Positions 1-10,204 of a DNA stretch of 64,000 nucleotides are shown in pieces; the stretch's first letter is position 1, and each line of letters begins with the position of its first letter. Below the pieces are notes generated by a model. It saw only the letters and a list, made by a program, of their open reading frames with translations, searched no databases and was not told the origin of the DNA. A program made the position numbers and the translations under genes. Source of the stretch: a virus. Location of the stretch: IMG/VR virus record IMGVR_UViG_3300017716_002595, positions 1-64,000 of that record; one strand, 5' to 3'.

Positions 1-28
1 CTAGTCGCTCGTAAGAGATAAATTTTAG

Positions 29-67
29 AGAGATGTGGCCTCAGTTTTTGAGACCGCATCTCTTTTT
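29..67 (+). terminator. Intrinsic terminator overlapping a downstream promoter
   Basis: AGAGATGTGGCCTCA-GTTTT-TGAGACCGCATCTCT imperfect hairpin followed by TTTT. Confidence 0.65.
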
Positions 68-77
68 CGTATATTTA
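47..77 (+). promoter_or_regulatory. Bacteroidota-type (-33/-7) promoter, class A
   Basis: TTTG(47-50)-N19-TATATTTA(70-77); same architecture at 7 other sites. Confidence 0.7.
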
Positions 78-97
78 ACAGTTCAAAAGATATAAAC

Positions 98-1420
98 ATG
101 AGTAAAAAAATAGTAATTGTAGGTGCCGGAGTAGCAGGCATTAATGCTGCTACTAAATTAGTAGATAATGGATATCCGGGTGAATTAATCACTATTATTG
201 ATATGGGGAAAGATCCTCATAAAAGATTACCAAGTGAAGTAATGACTGGTATGTTAGGTGCTGGTGGTTGGTCTGATGGTAAATTAACTTATCACACTGC
301 TATTGGAGGTCAACTTTCTAAATATTGTGGTGAAGATAAGGCGATGGAATTAATGGATCAAGTTATAACTAACTTTAAACGTTTTCATCCTAAACCAGAA
401 GAAGTACAATGTTCAAATCCTGATGCTGAACCTGACTTTATTAAACCTCATTTTGGTTTAAGATTATTTCCTGTATGGCATGTTGGAACTGATTACTTAT
501 TAGAAATTGCTAAAAATTGGTATTCATATTTAGTTGATAAGGGTGTTAACTTTCAATGGGAAACTAAAGTTTATGCTATTGATTTTGAAAATAAAAGAGT
601 ATTAGGTAAATTTTTAGACAAAGAAAATCATGAACTAGAATATAGATATGATGAACTTATATTTGCCGTAGGTAAATCAGGTATTGACTTTGGTAAATCT
701 TTAGCCGAAGAATATGATCTACCAACTGAACCTAAATCAGTACAAATTGGTGTTAGATTTGAAGCACCACAACATCACTTCCAAAACTTAATTGATATTT
801 CATATGACTTTAAGTTATATAGAAAATTTGATAATAAAGGAGTATCATTACGTTCATTTTGTACTAACAATAATGCTGCTTATGTTGCAGTAGAAGAAAC
901 ATACGGAAACTATACTTACAATGGTCATGCTAAGAAAGATGAAAAGTATAGAAACGATATGACTAACTTTGGTATTATTATGGAGTTAAATGGTATTGAA
1001 AACCCATTTGAATGGTCAAGAAATGTAGTAAAACAATGTCAATCAATAAATGGTAAAGGTTTATATTACTCTCCAACTCGCCAAGTATCATATACTTCAG
1101 AAGGAGGACATGTAGAAGCACATCAAATAACAGATACTGATATGATGGACGTTAGAAGAACATTTGAAGGATATTTTGATTATATTGAAGATTTTATTGA
1201 AGATATGAAAAAAGTATTTCCAACATTAAAAGACGATTGGGGAATTTATATTCCTGAAGTAAAATATCTATCACCTGAGCCACTTGTTGATTATACCAAC
1301 TTAGCCCTGACCAAGTATCCTAACGTACATTTTGTTGGTGATGCACTTTCCGCTAGAGGTATAACAGTAAGTGGTGCACAAGGTATTTATGTAGCAGAAG
1401 ATATTTTGAAATCTAAATAA
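98..1420 (+). CDS. FAD-dependent oxidoreductase (uncharacterised FAD-dependent dehydrogenase family)
   Basis: N-terminal Rossmann motif IVIVGAGVAG, GAGGWSDGKL, C-terminal FVGD..ARGITVS. ATG at 98 preferred over GTG at 35 because the promoter lies at 47-77. Confidence 0.8.
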   Translation: MSKKIVIVGAGVAGINAATKLVDNGYPGELITIIDMGKDPHKRLPSEVMTGMLGAGGWSDGKLTYHTAIGGQLSKYCGEDKAMELMDQVITNFKRFHPKPEEVQCSNPDAEPDFIKPHFGLRLFPVWHVGTDYLLEIAKNWYSYLVDKGVNFQWETKVYAIDFENKRVLGKFLDKENHELEYRYDELIFAVGKSGIDFGKSLAEEYDLPTEPKSVQIGVRFEAPQHHFQNLIDISYDFKLYRKFDNKGVSLRSFCTNNNAAYVAVEETYGNYTYNGHAKKDEKYRNDMTNFGIIMELNGIENPFEWSRNVVKQCQSINGKGLYYSPTRQVSYTSEGGHVEAHQITDTDMMDVRRTFEGYFDYIEDFIEDMKKVFPTLKDDWGIYIPEVKYLSPEPLVDYTNLALTKYPNVHFVGDALSARGITVSGAQGIYVAEDILKSK

Positions 1421-1435
1421 TTTTTCGTACATTTA
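1405..1435 (+). promoter_or_regulatory. Class A promoter
   Basis: TTTG(1405-1408)-N19-TACATTTA(1428-1435). Confidence 0.7.
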
Positions 1436-1439
1436 ATAA

Positions 1440-1697
1440 ATGGCAAGACCCAAAACAATTAAACCTATACCTTCAGAAAACCCAAACAAATATACTCGTG
1501 TATATAATGATAATGAAAGTATAACTACATGGACATACGATTTAGATATTTCTACTTACGGTCCTATAGCAGTAGAAATTAAAACAAAAAACGAACAAAC
1601 AAATGGAAAGAAAATTAAAAACACCAGAGGGACAGATAATGTACTTATCGAAAACGAGAAAGTTAAGAGAGGGCGTAAAAGACAAGAACGAACCTAA
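1440..1697 (+). CDS. Hypothetical protein
   Basis: ORF directly after promoter; 3' end overlaps the next ORF by 95 nt. Confidence 0.5.
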   Translation: MARPKTIKPIPSENPNKYTRVYNDNESITTWTYDLDISTYGPIAVEIKTKNEQTNGKKIKNTRGTDNVLIENEKVKRGRKRQERT

Positions 1698-1887
1698 TGC
1701 ATATAAAGAAGAATGGGTGTTGCATAATACAGATGGTCCTGCTTTAATTAAACCTGATGGAAAAAAAGAATATTATTTTTGGGGAATTTATCAAGGCAAC
1801 ACACCTGAGGTAATTAAAGAATTAAAACGTAATCATACTGGATTACCACCAGCAAAAAACCCATTGTTTAAAAATAGCTTTAAATAA
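1603..1887 (+). CDS. Hypothetical protein with LHNxDGPA repeat-type motif
   Basis: LHNTDGPALIKPDGKKEYY resembles the LHRxDGPA repeat of large DNA viruses. Confidence 0.6.
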   Translation: MERKLKTPEGQIMYLSKTRKLREGVKDKNEPNAYKEEWVLHNTDGPALIKPDGKKEYYFWGIYQGNTPEVIKELKRNHTGLPPAKNPLFKNSFK

Positions 1888-1888
1888 T

Positions 1889-2419
1889 ATGAAAATAGGA
1901 TTAGTAGGTACTGTATCTGTAGGTAAAACAACATTAGTTAATGCTTTAGCTGAATTACCACAATTTAAAGATTATCATTTTGCTACTGAACGTAGTAAAT
2001 ATTTAAGAGATTTAGGTATTCCTTTAAATACCGATTCAACATTAAAAGGTCAAACAATGTTCTTAGCTGAACGTGTTTCTGAATTAATGAGAGATAAATT
2101 AATTACTGATAGAACAGTTATTGATGTAATGGCATTTACAAATGCTTCTAAATCGATTAAACAAGGTAATAAAACTTCATTTGAAGAATATGCTCGCAAC
2201 TTTATCAATGAATACGACTACATATTCTACGTATCTCCAGATGGAATAGAAATAGAAGATAATGGAGTACGTGAAACTAATGCTGAATATAGAGACTTAA
2301 TTGATTTTACAATTAAACATATTATTAAAAATTATTCACATAGAATAAAAAATATATACACCATATCTGGCACAACAGAAGAACGTATAAAACAAATACT
2401 AGAAGTAATTCCTACTTAA
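1889..2419 (+). CDS. P-loop NTPase/kinase (NadR/AAA_28-like)
   Basis: Walker A GTVSVGKTT, ITDRTVID, EDNGVRE. Confidence 0.75.
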   Translation: MKIGLVGTVSVGKTTLVNALAELPQFKDYHFATERSKYLRDLGIPLNTDSTLKGQTMFLAERVSELMRDKLITDRTVIDVMAFTNASKSIKQGNKTSFEEYARNFINEYDYIFYVSPDGIEIEDNGVRETNAEYRDLIDFTIKHIIKNYSHRIKNIYTISGTTEERIKQILEVIPT

Positions 2420-2426
2420 TATTTAT
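2419..2426 (+). promoter_or_regulatory. Putative late promoter ATATTTAT (class B)
   Basis: The same octamer precedes about 18 genes (also 3752, 5367, 7249, 11697, 14659, 15390, 16363, 18489, 22862, 32382, 34575, 35176, 36219, 38564, 46602, 59063, 60355). Confidence 0.7.
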
Positions 2427-2452
2427 ATTAAATTAACATTTATATATAAAAT

Positions 2453-3052
2453 ATGAAAGTAAGTGAATTAAAAGAAACTATACGAGCCAAAGTACGCGAA
2501 ACCCTATATGCTGGACCAAACGCACTCCCAGCAGCTATAAAAGACCCAGCATATAATGCTTTACCGCCAACAGAAAAAACTAAAGTAAATAATGCTTTAA
2601 AACAAAAACAATCTGTTAATTTAGAAGAAGAATATACTATGGACCGAATTGGGAAAATGACTCGCTCTGAATTAATTAATTTTGCCGGTCTTACACCTCA
2701 AGAAGCTGCTAAATATTCTACACGTGCCTTACAAAGTATAGCCTTAGAACTAGCAGATGATAAACCATCAGATGAAGGATCAATAGACGAAGAAGATTTT
2801 ATGGATGATGATGATAATACAATTATTGAAGATGTAGAAGATATTGATGATAAAGATCCTACTTTTAAAGATTATGGTAGCATATACGAAATAAATGCTA
2901 ATGTGGGATCTGGTGTTTATGAAATTGAAGTAGGCAAAGATGGTATTTTTATTACACTAGTAGATAATACAGGAAATTATATAAAAGTACATCCGGATGA
3001 TGTTAGAGATTTAGTTAAAGTTATTTTAAAAAAATACAATGAAGCTGACTAA
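2453..3052 (+). CDS. Acidic hypothetical protein, possibly an internal head protein
   Basis: Late promoter, D/E-rich, several L/IxE motifs. Confidence 0.55.
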   Translation: MKVSELKETIRAKVRETLYAGPNALPAAIKDPAYNALPPTEKTKVNNALKQKQSVNLEEEYTMDRIGKMTRSELINFAGLTPQEAAKYSTRALQSIALELADDKPSDEGSIDEEDFMDDDDNTIIEDVEDIDDKDPTFKDYGSIYEINANVGSGVYEIEVGKDGIFITLVDNTGNYIKVHPDDVRDLVKVILKKYNEAD

Positions 3053-3386
3053 ACAAGATATAGTATTAGTAATAATTGCTTTATTATGTTTGTATAATAT
3101 TTTTAATACAAACAGCATTAAAACTGATGTAAAGGGATATGAAGATAAAATTGAAGCTCTTCAAACTAAAGTAGATTCCGCACAAGCCGTTAATGAAAAA
3201 ATTGACGTGAAAATTGATTCGGTAAAAGATAACGTAATTAATATTACTAAAGAAATTCACCATATAGATAATAATATATCTATAATTAAACAACAAACAG
3301 ATGAAAAAATTAATAGTGTTGATAGTTTTACTGCTAACGAGCTTGAGCAGTTTTTCACAAACAGATACGACAAAAGTTCAAATTAA
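3039..3386 (+). CDS. Membrane-anchored coiled-coil protein (i-spanin-like)
   Basis: N-terminal TM segment IVLVIIALLCLYNIF then heptad coiled coil; overlapped by the next ORF. Confidence 0.5.
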   Translation: MKLTKQDIVLVIIALLCLYNIFNTNSIKTDVKGYEDKIEALQTKVDSAQAVNEKIDVKIDSVKDNVINITKEIHHIDNNISIIKQQTDEKINSVDSFTANELEQFFTNRYDKSSN

Positions 3387-3702
3387 GGTACCTGTAGCAA
3401 AATTAGTTATAAAAGATATCCTTAAAGGGGATGGATGTGTTGAAGAATTAAAACTTACCCAAGAAAAAGTTATTAAACTAGAAGCAAGAGAAACTCAAAA
3501 GGATACAATTATTTCTTTATTAGAAGATAAAGACAAGAATAACCAATTCATTATTAATACCCAGAAAGATCAATTACAACTATCTAAAGAACTTTCAGAA
3601 CAATTACATAAAGAATTAAAAGGACAAAGGACTAAAACATTTTTATGGAAAGCGGGAACGTTTGCCGGTATACTTACTACATCATATCTTTTAATAAAAT
3701 AA
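3301..3702 (+). CDS. Secreted coiled-coil protein with C-terminal hydrophobic segment (spanin partner-like)
   Basis: Signal peptide MKKLIVLIVLLLTSLSSFS/Q, coiled coil, C-terminal FLWKAGTFAGILTTSYLLIK. Confidence 0.5.
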   Translation: MKKLIVLIVLLLTSLSSFSQTDTTKVQIKVPVAKLVIKDILKGDGCVEELKLTQEKVIKLEARETQKDTIISLLEDKDKNNQFIINTQKDQLQLSKELSEQLHKELKGQRTKTFLWKAGTFAGILTTSYLLIK

Positions 3703-3723
3703 CAAACATATAACAAAGTATAT

Positions 3724-3749
3724 AAGGTCTGACCAACATCAGGCCTTTT
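3724..3749 (+). terminator. Intrinsic terminator
   Basis: AAGGTCTGA-CCAACA-TCAGGCCTT-TT. Confidence 0.65.
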
Positions 3750-3773
3750 GTATATTTATATATAAATGATTAT

Positions 3774-5366
3774 ATGAGTGAACAAAATCAAAATATAAAA
3801 GATGTAATTAAACAGGAATACGTTAAATGTATGACTGACCCTGCCCACTTCATGAAGAAGTATTGTATGATTCAACATCCTACAAGAGGTAGAATTCCAT
3901 TTAATTTATATCCTTTTCAAGATGGTGTATTACACCAATTTCAAAAAAACAATTATAGTATAGTTTTAAAATCTAGACAGCTAGGTATCTCAACTTTAGT
4001 AGCTGGTTTTTCTTTATGGATGATGTTATTCCAAAGAGATAAAAATATACTTTGTATCGCTACAAAACAAGAAACAGCTAAAAACATGGTAACTAAAGTA
4101 CGATTTATGTACGATAATTTACCTTCTTGGTTAAAAGGAACCGAAAAACCCTTGGAGAACAACAAGCTCTTACTTAAATTACCAAATGGCTCTCAAGTAA
4201 AGGCAACTTCGGCAGCAGGTGATGCTGGTCGATCAGAAGCCGTTTCTTTACTTATAATTGACGAGGCCGCGTTCATTGATAACATACATGAAATATTTGC
4301 TTCTGCTCAACAAACATTAGCAACGGGTGGAGGATGTATAGCATTATCTACACCTAATGGTACTGGAAACTGGTTTCATCAAACATGGTCTAAATCAGAA
4401 TTAGGAGCTAATTCATTCGTTCCAATTAAATTGAAATGGAATGTGCATCCTGAAAGGGATCAAAGTTGGAGAAACTTACAGGACACAGATCTAGGAATTA
4501 GAATGGCAGCACAAGAATGTGATTGTGATTTTAGCACATCTGGAGATACTGTATTTGAACCTGAATTAATTGATTGGATTGAAGCTAATCTAATGGATCC
4601 AATTGAAAAACGTAATGTCGATGGTAATTTATGGATTTGGGAACAACCAGATTATAATAGAAGTTATTTAGTAACGGCCGACGTTGCTAGAGGGGATGGA
4701 AAAGACCATTCTGCATGTCATGTGTTTGATTTAGAAACAGCAACACAAGTAGCTGAATATAAAGGACAAATAGGAACTCGTGATTTTGGACATTTATTAG
4801 TAGGTTTAGCAGCAGAATATAACGATGCTTTATTAGCGATAGAAAACGCTAACGTAGGTTGGGATACAGTGCAAACAGCAATTGATAGAGGATATAAAAA
4901 TTTATATTACTCACCTAAAACAGAAGCATATACATCAGATCAATGGGCTAGACGTAGTGAAAATCAAGACAGTTTAGTAGCTGGTTTTACAACATCTGTA
5001 AAAACACGTCCTTTAATGATTGAAAAATTTAGAGAATATACTAAAGAAAAAGCATGTTTTATTCGTTCTAAAAGAACACTAGCAGAAATGAAAGTATTTA
5101 TTTGGAAAAATAGTAAAGCACAAGCGCAAGAAGGATATAATGATGATTTAGTAATGGCTTTTAGTATGGGTTTATATTTAAGAGACACAGCTTTAAGATT
5201 TAGAAAATCAAATATAGAATACGATAGAGCAATAATAAACGCTATATCAGTAGATAAAGGAATGATGAATCCTTATAACGCTAGAGGACATAATAATAAT
5301 AATAACCCATGGAAAATTCAAACAGAACAAGGAGGTCACGAAGACATTACTTGGCTGTTAGGATAA
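3774..5366 (+). CDS. Terminase large subunit (T4 gp17-like)
   Basis: LKSRQLGIST Walker A region, LLIIDEAAF Walker B, LSTPNG, nuclease motifs TADVARGDGKDHS and NDDLVMA. Confidence 0.95.
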   Translation: MSEQNQNIKDVIKQEYVKCMTDPAHFMKKYCMIQHPTRGRIPFNLYPFQDGVLHQFQKNNYSIVLKSRQLGISTLVAGFSLWMMLFQRDKNILCIATKQETAKNMVTKVRFMYDNLPSWLKGTEKPLENNKLLLKLPNGSQVKATSAAGDAGRSEAVSLLIIDEAAFIDNIHEIFASAQQTLATGGGCIALSTPNGTGNWFHQTWSKSELGANSFVPIKLKWNVHPERDQSWRNLQDTDLGIRMAAQECDCDFSTSGDTVFEPELIDWIEANLMDPIEKRNVDGNLWIWEQPDYNRSYLVTADVARGDGKDHSACHVFDLETATQVAEYKGQIGTRDFGHLLVGLAAEYNDALLAIENANVGWDTVQTAIDRGYKNLYYSPKTEAYTSDQWARRSENQDSLVAGFTTSVKTRPLMIEKFREYTKEKACFIRSKRTLAEMKVFIWKNSKAQAQEGYNDDLVMAFSMGLYLRDTALRFRKSNIEYDRAIINAISVDKGMMNPYNARGHNNNNNPWKIQTEQGGHEDITWLLG

Positions 5367-5378
5367 ATATTTATACAT

Positions 5379-7241
5379 ATGATAGACACATCTTTATTTG
5401 GTAGATTAAAACGATTATTTTCAAACGACGTAATTATTAGAAACGTTGGTGGAAACCAAGTTAAAGTAATCGATAGTGACCACATACAAAGCTCCGGAGT
5501 AGTACAAACAAATATGTACCCAGAGCGATACCAACGTATATATACTGGAGGACAAGGTACGTATATTGGTAATGCTCCCTATTCTAATTTTACAATATTA
5601 AGACCTCAATTATATAATGATTATGAGGCAATGGATGGTGATCCAATCATAGCATCTGTATTAGATATTGTTGCCGATGAATCTACACTTAAAAATGGCG
5701 CGGGAGAAGTATTAGCTATTAAATCACCGGATGAAAATATTCAAAGAATATTATATAATTTATTTTACGATGTACTTAATATCGAATTTAATCTTTGGGG
5801 TTGGGTTCGTTCAATGTGTAAATATGGTGACTTTTATTTACACCTACATGTTGCTGAAAAATATGGAGTATATCAAGTAATCCCACTTAACGTTTATAAT
5901 GTAATTAGAGAAGAAGGATTAGATCCTAAAAATCCATCTTATGTTCAATTTAGAGTTGAACCAAATGCTTCATATACTGGTGTATTAGGAGGACTTGATA
6001 AAGATGATATGGTATTTCAAAACTATGAAGTTGCTAACTTTAGATTATTAGGAGATTACAACTTCTTACCATACGGAAGATCATATATAGAACCTGCTCG
6101 TAAAATATTTAAACAATTAGCATTAATGGAAGATGCTATGTTAATTCACCGTATATTAAGAGCACCACAACGTAGAGTTTATTACGTAGATACTGGAAAC
6201 ATTCCACCAAATGAAATCCAAGCATATATGGAGAAATTAAAAGGACAAACACAACGTACTCCTTTTGTTGATCCTAAAACTGGTGAATATAATCTTCGTT
6301 ATAACATGATGACCGTAAATGAAGATTTCTACATACCTACAAAAGGTGGAAACACATCAACTAAAATAGATACATTACCTGGTCTTGAATATAACGCTAT
6401 TGAAGACGTTGTTTACTTAAGAGACAAAATGCTATCAGCTGTTAAAGTACCTAAAGCATTTTTAGGATATGAAGCAGATGTTGAAGGTAAATCTACACTA
6501 GCACAGCAAGATATTAGATTTGCTCGTACAATTGAACGTATTCAACGTATTATAGTATCTGAACTAACTAAAATAGCATTAGTACATTTATATTCTCAAG
6601 GATATACTGATGAAAACTTAACAAACTTTGAACTTGAATTAACTACTCCATCTATTGTTTATGATCAAGAAAGAGTAGCATTAATGAAAGAAAAAGTTGA
6701 TTTAGCTAGACAAATCCAAGAAACTGGTTTATTCCCTTCTGACTACATTTATGATTATATCTTCCATATGAGTGAAGACAAATATGATGACATGAGAGAT
6801 TTAGTTATTGAAGATAAAAAACGAATGTTTAGATTAGCTCAAATTGAGAATGAAGGTAACGACCCTATAACAAGTGGAGAATCATATGGAACACCTCATG
6901 ATTTAGCTTCACTATATGGTAAAGGTCGAAACGACATGGGCACCCCACCAGTATATGATGAAACAAATCCAGTAGGAAGACCTCAAGAAAAAACATCAGT
7001 TTACAATACTCAGAAACGAGTATTAGGAAAAGACCCACTAGGAAAAGGAGTAGACATATCACCAGATAGCGCAAAAGCACCAGAACCTAAAGGAGGATCG
7101 CCATTAGCTTTAGAAGCAACTAAGTCAATATATTTGCAAAATAAAAATATGTTAGAGGAAATGGTTAAAAAATCTAATGTGTTTGATAAGGATAATAAAA
7201 AGTCTTCACTATTAGATGAATCAAATATTAAAGGCATATAA
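5379..7241 (+). CDS. Portal protein (T4 gp20-like)
   Basis: LMEDAMLIHRILRAPQRRVYYVDTGNIP, EDFYIP, IDTLPG, DIRFARTIERIQ. Confidence 0.95.
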   Translation: MIDTSLFGRLKRLFSNDVIIRNVGGNQVKVIDSDHIQSSGVVQTNMYPERYQRIYTGGQGTYIGNAPYSNFTILRPQLYNDYEAMDGDPIIASVLDIVADESTLKNGAGEVLAIKSPDENIQRILYNLFYDVLNIEFNLWGWVRSMCKYGDFYLHLHVAEKYGVYQVIPLNVYNVIREEGLDPKNPSYVQFRVEPNASYTGVLGGLDKDDMVFQNYEVANFRLLGDYNFLPYGRSYIEPARKIFKQLALMEDAMLIHRILRAPQRRVYYVDTGNIPPNEIQAYMEKLKGQTQRTPFVDPKTGEYNLRYNMMTVNEDFYIPTKGGNTSTKIDTLPGLEYNAIEDVVYLRDKMLSAVKVPKAFLGYEADVEGKSTLAQQDIRFARTIERIQRIIVSELTKIALVHLYSQGYTDENLTNFELELTTPSIVYDQERVALMKEKVDLARQIQETGLFPSDYIYDYIFHMSEDKYDDMRDLVIEDKKRMFRLAQIENEGNDPITSGESYGTPHDLASLYGKGRNDMGTPPVYDETNPVGRPQEKTSVYNTQKRVLGKDPLGKGVDISPDSAKAPEPKGGSPLALEATKSIYLQNKNMLEEMVKKSNVFDKDNKKSSLLDESNIKGI

Positions 7242-7274
7242 AAAGTATATATTTATAACCAGTAAATTAACATC

Positions 7275-8126
7275 GTGAAGCCAAAACATAATAAATATAA
7301 AAACACGGGTATATTATTCGAATTGTTAACTAGACAGATAACATCGGACATTATGTCTAATAAAGACTCGTCTGCTGTTAATATTGTTAAAAAATATTTC
7401 TCTAAAGGAGAATTAGCAAAAGAATATAAAATATATCAAGCGTTAACAAAAGCAACTTCATTAAATGAGGTTAAAGCAGAAAGCATTATTTCTTCTGCTG
7501 TTAAATTAGTTGAACGTTTAAATCGTACTGCTCTTCGTAAGGAAAAATATAACTTAATTAAAGAAATTAAGCAATATTATGATTTGGAAGAATTCTTTAA
7601 AGCTAAGATACATAATTATAAGGCACATGCTGCTGTTTATAATTTATTAGAAGCTCAAAGCAGTTTAGAATTTATAGATCCATCATTTGTAATTACTAAC
7701 AAAATAACTTTACTTGAATTTTTAACTAAACAAGATATAGATAAAGATAAAATTGAAGACCAAGTAATGGCTGAATATGCTTCTCAAGATAAATCAACAC
7801 GCGCATTGATTTCTCAATTGATGATTGAAAAATTTAATGAAAAATATGCTGATTTACTTCCTGAACAACGTAACGTATTGAAAACATATATTAATAACAT
7901 AACCAATACTGTATCATTACGTGAGTTTATTAATCAAGAGTTAGGTCATATTAAAAATTCTTTAACATCATTACAATCATTTGTACAAGATAAAAGAACT
8001 CAAATTAAATTAACTGAGCTAATATCAATTATTAAGCCTTTAGATAAAACAGAATCAGCTAGAGATGAAGACATATTAAATATACTTCAATTCCATGAAT
8101 TAATCCATGAAATCAAATCAACATGA
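7275..8126 (+). CDS. Conserved head-module hypothetical protein
   Basis: GTG start after late promoter; KHNKYKNTGILFELL N-terminus; lies between portal and protease. Confidence 0.7.
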   Translation: MKPKHNKYKNTGILFELLTRQITSDIMSNKDSSAVNIVKKYFSKGELAKEYKIYQALTKATSLNEVKAESIISSAVKLVERLNRTALRKEKYNLIKEIKQYYDLEEFFKAKIHNYKAHAAVYNLLEAQSSLEFIDPSFVITNKITLLEFLTKQDIDKDKIEDQVMAEYASQDKSTRALISQLMIEKFNEKYADLLPEQRNVLKTYINNITNTVSLREFINQELGHIKNSLTSLQSFVQDKRTQIKLTELISIIKPLDKTESARDEDILNILQFHELIHEIKST

Positions 8127-8674
8127 GACCAGAAGATTTAAAAAAATTCATAGAAGAAACAGTAAATAAATTAATGTCTGAAGACGGTACTAGTACAACT
8201 GGGGCTGGTGAAGCACAGAATAGTAAGTTTTTTCTTAAAAAATTAAACGAAAAAACACCAACAATGGCTGCAGGAAAAGCTAATATTAGTTCATATACTA
8301 AAGATGGATTTAAGAAAGCGCCAGAAGGAATGCCTTCTGATTCTAAAGTATATGATTATAAACAATTCCCAGCAGATCCAAAACCTAAAAGATATAAACT
8401 TTATAAAGAAGAACAACTTAACGAAATATCATACAGACGTTTTAATGAAAGTGTTAATAAAGTTTCTCCTGAACGTAAAATTACACGTGCTTTAAGTGAA
8501 GTTAATAAACGCGTTAAAGAAATAGAACAAGTCATTGAATATTCTAATAGATTAAAAACTGAAAATGTTATCAAACGTGGTAACTTTTGGGATTCTAAAT
8601 TAGAACAATTGAATGTGTTATCAGAAAAGCTAAATCAATTATCTAAAAACATAAAAAAACTATCTAATGGATAA
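8123..8674 (+). CDS. Hypothetical head-module protein
   Basis: ATGA-coupled to the previous ORF; LxE motifs. Confidence 0.65.
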   Translation: MRPEDLKKFIEETVNKLMSEDGTSTTGAGEAQNSKFFLKKLNEKTPTMAAGKANISSYTKDGFKKAPEGMPSDSKVYDYKQFPADPKPKRYKLYKEEQLNEISYRRFNESVNKVSPERKITRALSEVNKRVKEIEQVIEYSNRLKTENVIKRGNFWDSKLEQLNVLSEKLNQLSKNIKKLSNG

Positions 8675-9170
8675 CGAGAAAAAAAAGTTAACTAAAGAAC
8701 AACTTAAAGGAAAATTAGATACTTTAGGTGAAGAAATAAAATACCGTGTATCTGAAGCTAAAAAAGGCAATGGTACTGAAGGTGCTCATAAAACTGATAT
8801 CGCTGAATTAATGAAGGGGTATCGTAATATGAAAGAAGCATATGATAGATTATTAAGAACTGAACAAGAATCACTACAGTTAGAAGATATTTTATCATCG
8901 TTAGCTGAAGAGAAAGAGGAAGATCCTAAAAAATCTAAAGAAAGAGAAGAACTTCAAAAATCTCGTATTGAATCTTTTAGTGAGCTTATTGAACTTGTAA
9001 CCAAATTGAAACAAGCTCTACCTAAAGCTAAAAAAGAAACAGAAAAATTCTATAAAGATAATCCAAATTCATTCGCTGTTGTTTTCCCTACAGACGAAAT
9101 AAAAGATACTCTAACTAGTATGTTAGAAAAATTAACAGGAATTAAAGAAAACCAAGAAGAAGAGGAATAA
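8667..9170 (+). CDS. Hypothetical coiled-coil head-module protein
   Basis: K/E-rich helical ORF, translationally coupled. Confidence 0.65.
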   Translation: MDNEKKKLTKEQLKGKLDTLGEEIKYRVSEAKKGNGTEGAHKTDIAELMKGYRNMKEAYDRLLRTEQESLQLEDILSSLAEEKEEDPKKSKEREELQKSRIESFSELIELVTKLKQALPKAKKETEKFYKDNPNSFAVVFPTDEIKDTLTSMLEKLTGIKENQEEEE

Positions 9171-10204
9171 TGAAAAATATAAGCGGACAATACCAGGACC
9201 TATTAGAAGGTAAAATGAGTCAAGCTCAATTTTTGCGTAACGCAAGAATGATGTTTCCTAATTTTGTAACCAATCATAATTCATTTGATGATTCAGTTAA
9301 AATTTTAAAAACTAAAGGAATGCTTAGTGAAGGTGATGCTGTAAAAGGAACACCAGATAAAGAACCAACATATGATTCATTAACACCAGATGATAAAATC
9401 AAATATAAAAAAGTTGAACAATCACCTGAAGTAGATGAGCAAGATGGTATTTATCCTGCTACAACAATAACTGATATTCCTAAAACAAAAACTTATAAAA
9501 AAGTTAAAAATACTTCTGACGGTTTAGAACCTATCAAAGATAACGATACTAAAAACGAAATGAAAAAAGTTAAAGTCGTTAAAGAAAATATGGAACCTGA
9601 AGAAATCGAGAATGCTGAAATTGAAGTTTCTCAAAACAGATCATCTATTCAAGCAATGGCTGATAAAATGGGTATTTCTCAAGAAGAATTATTTAAACTA
9701 TTACTAAAAAAATTAGGCGGTTTAGATGAAGCTCAAAGATCATTTGATGATGTATTTGCTGATTTTATTGAAACTGATGATGCTACTGAAATTAAAGCAT
9801 ATATTAAAACAAAAGGTAAAGATGCTATAAATAAACTTAAAACAGAATTTCCTGATAAAGTTAGACAGGTATTATCTAAAATAGTAAAAGAAAATCAAAT
9901 CAATGAAGCTGGAACAGCACCCGATGCTAAAGCAGTAATAGATTTGATCGGAAAAAATACTATGCTTTTAAATAAACTTAAAATGATTAACAATAAGGAA
10001 GAACTACAACCAGTATTTGATTTCTTATTAACTAAAATAAACCAAACAATTGCTAAAAATACTCAACAAGTAAAAACAGCAACTACTACTTCTGCACAAA
10101 ATTATAGCAAAATGGGATCTGTCACAGAAAAAGCAGCTCCTAAATTAGAAAGCTTAATTAGTAAAATAATGAACGAAACTCTATCGAAAAAATCTGCGAT
10201 ATAA
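9170..10204 (+). CDS. Hypothetical prohead core/internal protein
   Basis: TAATG coupling; many L/I/VxE motifs. Confidence 0.65.
   Translation: MKNISGQYQDLLEGKMSQAQFLRNARMMFPNFVTNHNSFDDSVKILKTKGMLSEGDAVKGTPDKEPTYDSLTPDDKIKYKKVEQSPEVDEQDGIYPATTITDIPKTKTYKKVKNTSDGLEPIKDNDTKNEMKKVKVVKENMEPEEIENAEIEVSQNRSSIQAMADKMGISQEELFKLLLKKLGGLDEAQRSFDDVFADFIETDDATEIKAYIKTKGKDAINKLKTEFPDKVRQVLSKIVKENQINEAGTAPDAKAVIDLIGKNTMLLNKLKMINNKEELQPVFDFLLTKINQTIAKNTQQVKTATTTSAQNYSKMGSVTEKAAPKLESLISKIMNETLSKKSAI

Noticed and set aside
1-28. CTC-GTAA-GAG mini-hairpin as the 3' end of an upstream structured RNA
   Set aside because: Truncated by the window edge; too little sequence to support a call
35-97. N-terminal extension of the first ORF from GTG 35
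   Set aside because: Overlaps a terminator hairpin and promoter; the Rossmann motif begins right after ATG 98
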